Of a stretch of 32,000 nt of DNA, positions 17,194-24,252 are shown in pieces. The notes under the pieces are model-generated. The model was not told the origin of the DNA. It did not search any database and saw only the letters and a program-made list of their open reading frames with translations. The stretch is from Vibrio diazotrophicus. GTDB lineage: Bacteria > Pseudomonadota > Gammaproteobacteria > Enterobacterales > Vibrionaceae. Location of the stretch: assembly GCF_038452265.1 (NCBI RefSeq), contig NZ_CP151843.1, forward strand, positions 521,221 through 553,220, in the 5' to 3' direction. Position numbers and translations under genes: made by a program. Position 1 is the first letter of the stretch; each line of letters opens with the position of its first letter.

Positions 17194-18380
17194 TGAAACG
17201 TATTCTTGCCCTCGCCTTACTGTGCTTCGCTTCCCGAGCGTTTGCCTTTGAAGCCAACCTCGCCGGTAAGACGCTTAACGAGTTTTTTATCATCTCTAGT
17301 AAGGTGTTTGATAAGACCATCATCGTTGACCCATCTGTTAACGGTGATTTGAAGCTTTATCAAGCCTCGGGCGCGGCGAATTTCCGTGATGTGTGGTTCA
17401 GCGTCATGCGCGCTCATAACCTCACTTACATTGAATCGGGTTCAGTCATTCGCGTAGACAAGCGCAACAAGCTCACTGGCGGCAATGAAATCGTCACGCG
17501 CACGTATAAGCTGCTCTACCTCACCGCCGACGACCTACTGGAGCCGCTGAGAAAGTCTCTGGTTGTGCAATCGTCCGTGCTCGATGTGCCTGATGTGACC
17601 AACGTTGACAGTATCATTGCTGGCTCTGCGCTGATGATTACCGCGCCCAAATCGATGCACAGTGATATTGCGGAGTTTATCGATACGGTCGACAAACCAC
17701 TCAAACAAGTGAAGATACGCGCTGTGATTGTCGAAACCGTTGACGGTGATTTACGCGACTTAACCGTAAACCTCGCCGCTGGTGCCGGTGCCATTAAGAC
17801 GGCGTTTGATGGCTCTGCAATTGCGTTCTTGACCGGCTCTCCCAACTTCACCGCGACCAATGATGATTTTAATGCGTTTGTGCGTTGGGTTGAGTCCAAC
17901 GACAAAACCGAGATATTGAGCCGCCCTGAAATCAGTATCCTGCACGGTCACAGTGGATTGATTAGCGTTGGTCAGGAGCTGCCTATCATTACCGGTTCGT
18001 ACACCACGGAGACAGACGGAAGCAGCAAACCGTTTCAGACGATTGAACGCAAAGACGTAGGATTATCGCTGTGGGTTCAGCCTATGATTGGTTTGAATGG
18101 CGATATTAAACTCAGGGTAAAACAAGAGCTGAGTCGTGTTGATAAATCTGTGGAAGCCAGTGACATTGTCACTAGTAAGCGTCAAATCGACACGGTACTC
18201 TCGGTAAAATCCGGTCAAACCATCGCACTTGGCGGCATGATGGCGAGAGATTCGCAAACCGTGACCATGAAAGTGCCGGTGCTTGGTGATATTCCCTATC
18301 TAGGTGTGCTGTTTCGTTCTGAGACTGAGAAAACCAATAACAGAACGCTTGATGTAGTGCTATACGTTGAACAAACATAG
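17193..18380 (+). CDS. pIV-type secretin (phage export channel)
   Basis: Signal peptide (LLCFASRAFA), N-terminal domains, and a C-terminal secretin core (LSRPEISILHGHSGLISVGQELPIITG ... VPVLGDIPYLGVLFRSETEKTNNRTLDVVLYV). Confidence 0.8.
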   Translation: MKRILALALLCFASRAFAFEANLAGKTLNEFFIISSKVFDKTIIVDPSVNGDLKLYQASGAANFRDVWFSVMRAHNLTYIESGSVIRVDKRNKLTGGNEIVTRTYKLLYLTADDLLEPLRKSLVVQSSVLDVPDVTNVDSIIAGSALMITAPKSMHSDIAEFIDTVDKPLKQVKIRAVIVETVDGDLRDLTVNLAAGAGAIKTAFDGSAIAFLTGSPNFTATNDDFNAFVRWVESNDKTEILSRPEISILHGHSGLISVGQELPIITGSYTTETDGSSKPFQTIERKDVGLSLWVQPMIGLNGDIKLRVKQELSRVDKSVEASDIVTSKRQIDTVLSVKSGQTIALGGMMARDSQTVTMKVPVLGDIPYLGVLFRSETEKTNNRTLDVVLYVEQT

Positions 18381-18587
18381 AACAAAGATTCCTGCCCTTG
18401 ATCAACTGTAATTCGCTTATTTAGATACTTTGCATAATCTAGTCACATTATTAAAAATAACCTCTAAACAAACAATACGTTATACTGATAATCTATCACT
18501 GAATTAGTAATTATAAGAAAGCGGTCTACCGGATTGGTTCCGTATAAGAACTGTTAGGGCAATCGTAGTTTGGCGGAAGGGATAAAA

Positions 18588-19295
18588 ATGGCAAATATAG
18601 GTACAATTGATTTCTATATCGGAGTGCCAAGTTTACCTCGCGAGGACTTTGAAAAATATTCGACACAGCTTTTTGACGAATGGGAAGCATATGTTGACCA
18701 AAACTTGGAACTAAGTGACTACTCTCTTGTTCTAGAAGTTGAAGAAGGTTCAATAAAAGCCAAAGGTAAAATACTTGCTACCGCGAGTGTTTTGTATTTT
18801 GGCATTGCCCAATATGGTTCATTCATCTCCGGTCTACAAACAATAAATAATCAAGTTAAGGCTGTAGGAGATTATCTAGGCGAAAGAGCTAGTTCGCCAT
18901 TTGATCTAAGTCGAGTTCAGCCCAAGTTGCGAAAGCGAGGGGAATCTCTTGCCCGTCTAGAAAATCTTTTTGTCAAAGTTCAGCGCGGTGAATTAACTGT
19001 CGAAATGGCAATGCAAGAAACGGAAGCTATCTTCGGTGCAGAGCTAAAGGAGGCTCCAGAGTTTTATAATGACCTCAAGGAATCTTTGGAGAAAACACAA
19101 GTATTTCCACAGCAAATGGAATTGAAGCTCGTTGACGTGAATGGCGAAGAGTTAGCCATTCCTCATCTGCCTCCAAAGCAACCACGGAAGCCTCAACAAC
19201 CTAGAAATCCAGCTCCTGCTGTAGATCAGTTTAGAGTAGAGGTCTGGCGTGAAACGAAAAATAGCAAGAGGAACGTCAAAGTTACAAGCTTATAA
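18588..19295 (+). CDS. hypothetical protein (235 aa) with one hydrophobic segment and a Pro/Gln/Lys-rich tail
   Basis: The ATG at 18588 follows GGAAGGG. Hydrophobic segment ILATASVLYFGIAQYGSFISGL; tail PPKQPRKPQQPRNPAP. No family recognised. Confidence 0.55.
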   Translation: MANIGTIDFYIGVPSLPREDFEKYSTQLFDEWEAYVDQNLELSDYSLVLEVEEGSIKAKGKILATASVLYFGIAQYGSFISGLQTINNQVKAVGDYLGERASSPFDLSRVQPKLRKRGESLARLENLFVKVQRGELTVEMAMQETEAIFGAELKEAPEFYNDLKESLEKTQVFPQQMELKLVDVNGEELAIPHLPPKQPRKPQQPRNPAPAVDQFRVEVWRETKNSKRNVKVTSL

Positions 19296-19378
19296 AAATT
19301 TCACATACAAGCATTTAAGAGTGATTCCTAACGCTTGACATTTATCATTCCATCGTTGGGTTTTGTGTTTACGGTAGT

Positions 19379-20089
19379 TTGGTTAAGTTTCGTGGTAGCG
19401 TTGCTCACACCTTAATGAAGCGTAGGACTTTTGGAGGAAAATTGGAAAAAAATGATAATGTTGTGGATATCCCGCAACAAGATAAAGATGAATTAATCAA
19501 ACAGCTCAAGTTACAAATTTCTGAGTTGGAAGATGACAAAAATCGTGAGATTGAAGAACAACAGCGTCGGTATTTCATAAGACAAGCTGAACTAAAAAAT
19601 GACCGAGTTAAAGCTACAGTAATAGGCTGTATTTTCATGTTTTGCCTTACAATTTTAGTTTTCTTATCTTTTCGAAATCCAGACATATACTTAATTGATA
19701 AGGAAACTACTCGATTTGTAGCTCAAGCTGTTAATGCATTCTTTCTTCTAATGATTCCGCTGATTATTGGCTCAATTGGTGCTATTGCGAGAATAATGGT
19801 TTCGGGAATGCCGATACTAAAAAACTCAACGTTGGTACTTTCTTCAGGTTTGATGGCGATGTTTTCGTGGGTTGGAATAAAAAGTGAAATCCTAGTTTCT
19901 ATAATCGCACCGCATATAGAGAAGCAAGGTGTTAGTGTCTCCGCAGCAACTGCAAACACTTCAGCCGAATTTTATAGCATGGCTTTGGTTGCTATTGTAG
20001 TCGGTATGTTTTCGTCAAACGTTTATATATTTATAAATCAAAAAGTAGAAGCTTTGACAAACGTAAGACAGCCCATACAAACGCTTTAA
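19379..20089 (+). CDS. hypothetical multi-pass membrane protein with an N-terminal coiled coil
   Basis: ELIKQLKLQISELEDDKNREIEEQQRR is followed by about 4 TM helices. The start is uncertain (TTG at 19379 or ATG at 19415). Confidence 0.5.
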   Translation: MVKFRGSVAHTLMKRRTFGGKLEKNDNVVDIPQQDKDELIKQLKLQISELEDDKNREIEEQQRRYFIRQAELKNDRVKATVIGCIFMFCLTILVFLSFRNPDIYLIDKETTRFVAQAVNAFFLLMIPLIIGSIGAIARIMVSGMPILKNSTLVLSSGLMAMFSWVGIKSEILVSIIAPHIEKQGVSVSAATANTSAEFYSMALVAIVVGMFSSNVYIFINQKVEALTNVRQPIQTL

Positions 20090-20229
20090 GATGGACTCGC
20101 AAAGCTTGGCTAATTAAAGGGATAAAAACACGAGCCATTTTTTGGTTCGGTTTGGGATTGCGGCTAGTTGGGTATTACCATATCAGTTTTGTCGCCAAGT
20201 CGTATGTAAAAGTAAAAGGCGTAAGACCA

Positions 20230-21162
20230 ATGAATATTCTTGAGACAATACCTGCATTTCTTTCTGCAGTTGCATCTATAGGGGCAGCAATAGCTGCTTT
20301 TATCTCGTTACGTATTAGTAAGCAAGCTCAATCGATTACTGAGCTGAATGCTCTAGCGAATCATCATGCATCTGCAACTACAGTGTATGTTGAAGTGGTG
20401 AAAGAATTATATGACGCGTCAGAATCCTTCCAAGAGATTGGCTATGAAATGTGGTCTCAATGGGGGCGAAACATAGAAAATAGCTACGACAAATCTAGTC
20501 TCGGAGGCAATAACCCAAGACCATTACGCCATGTGCTGTCCAATGGTAGTGAAATGTTATCAAACTATGCCCTAAATAATGAGCGCTGGGTAAGATCAAC
20601 AAGTGATGCAATTTTCTCAATTATTCGATTTGGTATGAGCAGGTATAGTGATGCTGAGTATCAAAAGTTACTCAAAAAAGCCGATGGAGAATACTTAGAT
20701 TTTGAAGGTGTATTCGGTAAGCCCAAGTTAAGTGAGCAGATTGGTGATGCACCGGCATTTCGATGGGTATGCTATCAACTAAATAAACGTGTAACCAATG
20801 AAGAATGGATAGCTGTTTGGAACAAAGCTTGGACTAAAGGTGATTGGTTCGATAAGTATGAACAGGAATACTTGAGAATTAAGCCTATTTTTGAACATGC
20901 AAAAGAGAAGTTAGAACGTGAAAAGTCAAAATTGTCACCATCTGCTTTTCCTCTACATTGTAATTCAATCCTTGAACGTAAATATGCTCAGCTTATTAAG
21001 ATTATCAATCATATCATTGATGATGCGGACATAGAGAACTTTACTATTTACAAGAATTGGAGATTCACTGAAGAGCTTAGCCAATTGGTTCTATGCGCAA
21101 TGGCAACTGGCTTCTGTTTGCATAAACAGCTAGATGACTTATATATACTCGCCAATGAATAA
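20230..21162 (+). CDS. hypothetical single-pass membrane protein (~310 aa) with a Trp-rich soluble domain
   Basis: MNILETIPAFLSAVASIGAAIAAFISLRI forms a TM anchor. The ATG at 20230 is preferred over the TTG-extended track ORF at 20152. Confidence 0.55.
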   Translation: MNILETIPAFLSAVASIGAAIAAFISLRISKQAQSITELNALANHHASATTVYVEVVKELYDASESFQEIGYEMWSQWGRNIENSYDKSSLGGNNPRPLRHVLSNGSEMLSNYALNNERWVRSTSDAIFSIIRFGMSRYSDAEYQKLLKKADGEYLDFEGVFGKPKLSEQIGDAPAFRWVCYQLNKRVTNEEWIAVWNKAWTKGDWFDKYEQEYLRIKPIFEHAKEKLEREKSKLSPSAFPLHCNSILERKYAQLIKIINHIIDDADIENFTIYKNWRFTEELSQLVLCAMATGFCLHKQLDDLYILANE

Positions 21163-21483
21163 CTCAGGCTAAACTAAGCAACTTTAGTGCATTTCCCCAC
21201 CCCGAAGGGATAAGGGAGCGTGTACGCGACCGAGGCACCAAGCCCACACAAATGCTGAGTGTCTCGTGTCGTTAAATGGCGCGGAGCTTCCCTAGCCTTT
21301 TGTGGCAACATATCCCCCCTTCCTGCCAAGCCTAACGACCTAATAATCTACAGCGTCAAAACTTGCTCATAGCTTTGCAGCTAACGCATAGCGGCTTTCC
21401 GTCTGACTAATAAAGCGCAATTACGATTGAGTGTGTGCTCGGAACGAGCGCACGCACAAGCGTGATGCGCTTGAAGGAAAGGC

Positions 21484-21510
21484 AAAACCCCCGAATCTGT
21501 ATTACGGGGG
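21484..21510 (-). terminator. Rho-independent terminator of the 125-aa regulator gene
   Basis: On the minus strand: CCCCCG-(11-nt loop)-CGGGGG followed by TTTTGCC, about 40 nt after the stop. Confidence 0.6.
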
Positions 21511-21552
21511 TAAATTCCACCGAACTATCGGCGTTCTCTGTTTTGGGGACGT

Positions 21553-21930
21553 TTAGCGTCTCTCTAAAACTAATATCTTCGCTACAGCCCTAGCGAGTCT
21601 TAATAGTTTTGAACTCGTTTGAAAAGTTTCTTGGCTTTGCCCATACATGAGCGCTTGAGCTAGAAGTATTTGTTGTGGAGTGATAGTTTCACCTGTAGGT
21701 GTAACGATGTGGTGATGGGATATTTTGAAATCTTCCCAGTTCTTCTTGTGACTAATTTCCCTCCCCGTTTGTAACCGCATTAGTCGACGGCAACATTCTG
21801 GTATCTCACGCCCCCTATCCCAAGCCTTCACTGTACTTATGCTTTTACAGCATAAGTCTGCCGCCTGTTCAACGCTGAGGCCACATAAAAATTCCCGAAA
21901 AATTCGATTTTCATTATATTTAATGCGCAT
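21553..21930 (-). CDS. small phage-associated HTH-like regulator (resembles the family I recall as DUF3653)
   Basis: FREFLCGLSVEQAADLCCKSISTVKAWDRGREIPECCRRLMRL. It is about 50% identical by eye to the paralogue at 23469..23825. Confidence 0.6.
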   Translation of the reverse strand: MRIKYNENRIFREFLCGLSVEQAADLCCKSISTVKAWDRGREIPECCRRLMRLQTGREISHKKNWEDFKISHHHIVTPTGETITPQQILLAQALMYGQSQETFQTSSKLLRLARAVAKILVLERR

Positions 21931-21979
21931 ATTAATTGACTAATAAATAAAATTTACGCGCATACTAACCGGACATAAT

Positions 21980-22017
21980 AATCAGTCGCATAAAAGTCCT
22001 GAATTATGCGACTGATT
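21980..22017 (-). terminator. 14-bp perfect hairpin downstream of the coiled-coil gene (probable terminator)
   Basis: AATCAGTCGCATAA (21980-21993) pairs with TTATGCGACTGATT (22004-22017), with a 10-nt loop, about 20 nt after the stop at 22038. The minus-strand tail is ATTATTATG. Confidence 0.5.
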
Positions 22018-22037
22018 TCAAACTTAACTACAATAAG

Positions 22038-23048
22038 TTACTTGTTTATATGCTCTCTTATGAGTTCCATCTTCTTTTCTATACGAGCTTTTAATAAATT
22101 TTCTTGGCTTATTGATAAGTCTATTGACTGCGAGTCAATGCATTCTTTCACCAAATATGGGATTTGCTTTAAAGATGCAACCTTGTCAAAATTGGCTGTA
22201 ATTAAATTTATAGATTGATACAATAAAGTTGAAATAATTCCTAGTATTACTATATTAATTGAAATTATCGGTAATCGACTAACTAGTAACGACCACAAAT
22301 CAAAATTAAACTGATAGTTATCCACTAGACTTATTGCAGAACTATAAATGTTATTAATAACCCAAATAAGACAAATAGAAAATACGGCTAAGAAAATGAC
22401 ATATATAGTATTTTGCTTTTTCAGCTCTTCCTTGTAAGCAGAGAAATCCTCACTATAAAACTCTGATTTTTTTTGAAACTCTTCTAGTTCACGTTTAACA
22501 GATTCAAGTTTTGCGCTTTTGTCATCTATATCAGTCTCAAATTTTGTCAATTTCGTACTCAGGACTTCAATGCCTTTCTCAAAGGATCTTTCTAATTCTT
22601 TATTTTTATTAACCTCAGCTTTCGTTCTTTCTAATTCTTTTCTATCATCACTTAAGTATACTCTCGTTGATTCTAATTGTTTTTTTGAAATTTCGTTAGT
22701 TTCTTCAAGTTCAGAAATACTTAAATTTAATACATTTATAGTTTCATTTAGTTTATTTATTTCTTCCTTCTTATCGCTCAGTTCAGAATCAATTAAGTCT
22801 TTTTCATTTATATTTTCAATGTCGAAAGCCGCCCATAACCTATCAATACTCTTCATCATCTGAACAATATCTTTCATATTTTTACCAGTTATATCTATTG
22901 AATTAAGAGATATGCCTCCTGGACTAGGACCAATAGTTATATATATGGTTTTTACTTCCATTGATACGTCAAAAGTAATCGATTCACTATTATTTTCTCT
23001 GATTCTCTGTGTTGCATGTATTTGAACTTCATTATTTTCATGATCCAA
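22038..23048 (-). CDS. coiled-coil protein with C-terminal TM helices (unknown function); reading frame continues upstream across one TAA
   Basis: About 120 aa of heptad-like Glu/Lys/Leu sequence is followed by IYVIFLAVFSICLIWVINNI and LPIISINIVILGIISTLLY. The track start at 23048 is only a TTG. Confidence 0.55.
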   Translation of the reverse strand: MDHENNEVQIHATQRIRENNSESITFDVSMEVKTIYITIGPSPGGISLNSIDITGKNMKDIVQMMKSIDRLWAAFDIENINEKDLIDSELSDKKEEINKLNETINVLNLSISELEETNEISKKQLESTRVYLSDDRKELERTKAEVNKNKELERSFEKGIEVLSTKLTKFETDIDDKSAKLESVKRELEEFQKKSEFYSEDFSAYKEELKKQNTIYVIFLAVFSICLIWVINNIYSSAISLVDNYQFNFDLWSLLVSRLPIISINIVILGIISTLLYQSINLITANFDKVASLKQIPYLVKECIDSQSIDLSISQENLLKARIEKKMELIREHINK

Positions 23049-23138
23049 AGCGATTAAACTAATAGATTTTGATGAATATGCAACATTTAACTCAATTGTA
23101 TCAACCCAGTGAACTTCTTTATTGCTAAAAATATATTA

Positions 23139-23279
23139 TCTATCTGATACCGTAAAGTTTTGAAATCTAAAACAGCTTTCATTAGTTCTATTATAACTAT
23201 AGCTTAATAAGTCATTGGCAATATCTAGACTTTCAACATGACAAAAATCTTTAATATTCTTTATAAGTTCACTATCCAT
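23139..23279 (-). CDS. 47-aa 5' fragment in frame with 22038..23048
   Basis: From the ATG at 23279: MDSELIKNIKDFCHVESLDIANDLLSYSYNRTNESCFRFQNFTVSDR, then TAA at 23136-23138. The frame is the same as the downstream ORF (23279-23048 = 231 = 77 x 3). Confidence 0.4.
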
Positions 23280-23468
23280 AAAATTCCTTTAAACTCCATG
23301 ACAATTCTCATTGAATATATATTACAGAATTTTTATGGTCACAAATACGGATAGTTAAAAATTTGTCGTTGATATTTGTGTTTTAGTTCACATATATTAA
23401 ATTAATAAACATAAAGTATTATAAATTTAACTTAGCATGCTGAATGCCTAAATCAGCTTAACACCAAC

Positions 23469-23825
23469 TTAAAAATGATAAATTCTGGACAATGCTCTAG
23501 CGAATTTTAGTAATTTCGAAGTAGTTTTTAGTTCAATCTCAGACTGAATAGATACTAAAGCGATGCCTAGAATAATTTGTTGTGGTGTTACCAACTGGCC
23601 AGTAGGAATTTCTAGTCTATCGTGAACCACTTTGAACTGTTGCCAACACTCGAGATGACTCAATTGACGACATTTTGCTAAACGCATGAGCCTTTTGCAT
23701 TCTGGCGGGATCATATGCCCTCTATCCCAATCAGTGACAGTCCTCGCACTTTTAAAACACAATTCAGCGGTTTCTTCGACGCTTAACCCACATTCAAATT
23801 CTCGAAAAAGTCTATTTTTATGCAT
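23469..23825 (-). CDS. small phage-associated HTH-like regulator, paralogue of 21553..21930
   Basis: FREFECGLSVEETAELCFKSARTVTDWDRGHMIPPECKRLMRL, with a shared PTG..(V/I)TPQQI(I/L)L and TSSKLL..ARA C-terminal half. Confidence 0.6.
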   Translation of the reverse strand: MHKNRLFREFECGLSVEETAELCFKSARTVTDWDRGHMIPPECKRLMRLAKCRQLSHLECWQQFKVVHDRLEIPTGQLVTPQQIILGIALVSIQSEIELKTTSKLLKFARALSRIYHF

Positions 23826-23892
23826 TTCTAGACACTCCCATTGAGAAAGTGTATAAAAACATCATTCTATAAGTTTTTGTTAAATAAGGATA

Positions 23893-23921
23893 ATTTACCG
23901 TAACTGGACATAATGCGCACT
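23893..23921 (-). other. dif-like junction site with a 7-bp centre
   Basis: ATTTACCGTAA-CTGGACA-TAATGCGCACT. The XerD-like arm matches 9/11 and the XerC arm 11/11. Confidence 0.65.
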
Positions 23922-23946
23922 CATTGATGGATTGTTTTAGAGCGTT

Positions 23947-24252
23947 CTATGCCATTGTTTTCTTTAAACCAATGTCGATTGGCTTATCTTCTAATGGCTC
24001 GATTATCATACCAAAGCGTTTTAGCTCTAAGCCACCAAAGTTATTTACCACATAACTTGAACTGTGCGGCGTGTATGTGCCAGCTGCGTACGGCTCTTGG
24101 TCTTTCTCAAGCGTCAGCTTCATTTCCATTGGGAACTTACCGCCCAGATGTGCGTACGCGATTTGTTCGTAGATAGTTCGACCTAGTTTGTCATCTTTAC
24201 TTGGGATACTACGAGTTTCTACTCGAACGTTCTGGGAAGATCTCTTCAAAAG
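23947..24252 (-). pseudogene. Decayed gene V-type ssDNA-binding protein remnant
   Basis: About 85% identical by eye to the satellite gV over NVRVETR...DIGL. Relative to 6011-6016 it has lost 2 nt in a T-run, and the ATG region is not conserved (the frame opens only with TTG). Homology stops near 24255. Confidence 0.75.

Larger units (their letters stand above)
11316..18380 (+). mobile_element. Inovirus prophage core (replication and morphogenesis modules); right end uncertain, possibly ~21.98 kb or 23.92 kb
   Basis: Canonical gene order: regulator, Rep, small proteins, major coat, pIII, pVI, pI/Zot, pIV. Junctions are overlapping or coupled (ATGA, TAATG). It is visibly GC-richer than the flanks. 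Confidence 0.85.
5677..24252. mobile_element. Array of Xer-exploiting (IMEX) filamentous-phage-derived elements stacked at dif
   Basis: The XerC arm TAATGCGCACT recurs in one orientation at 5694, 8506, 11318 and 23911. Inovirus replication and morphogenesis genes lie between the copies. Composition changes sharply at module borders. Confidence 0.8.

Noticed and set aside
12297-18405. Numerous 60-130-aa ORFs antisense to or out of frame with the prophage Rep, pIII, Zot and secretin genes (for example 12740-13060, 13504-13930, 14046-14423, 14591-15167, 15787-16569, 17516-17905 and 18172-18405).
   Set aside because: GC-richer DNA generates long spurious frames. The plus-strand operon is continuous, with coupled start/stop overlaps and recognisable motifs.
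18540-19390. Integron attC-like cores (GTTAGGG at about 18554, CCTAAC at about 19329, GTTAAGT at about 19381) and a repeated AAGGGATAAAAA (18576 and 20117) between the cassette genes.
   Set aside because: The cores are imperfect. I found no convincing paired L/R boxes and no repeated VCR-like ~120-bp unit, and there is no intI nearby. The shared 12-mer is probably RBS-region similarity.
21921-21931. TAATGCGCATA, a 9/11 match to the XerC arm.
   Set aside because: It coincides with the ATG-CGC-ATT start codons of the 125-aa regulator gene. No XerD-like arm sits at any sensible spacing upstream.
21980-22017. Perfect 14-bp palindrome whose arms contain CGCATAA (the inner XerC-arm core), considered as a symmetric Xer site or a CTX-like attP hairpin.
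   Set aside because: The 10-nt spacer between arms is too long for a Xer centre, and the outer arm halves do not match. Its position about 20 nt after a stop codon fits a terminator. It remains a minor alternative in the mini-IMEX finding.
22006-22863. Plus-strand ORFs (70 and 114 aa) antisense to the coiled-coil gene, and 19405-19959 antisense to the membrane-protein gene.
   Set aside because: They give low-complexity Ser/Phe/Leu translations typical of the antisense strand of AT-rich Lys/Glu-rich genes.
23949-24176. 75-aa plus-strand ORF over the gV remnant.
   Set aside because: It is the same shadow frame seen over the intact gV copies.
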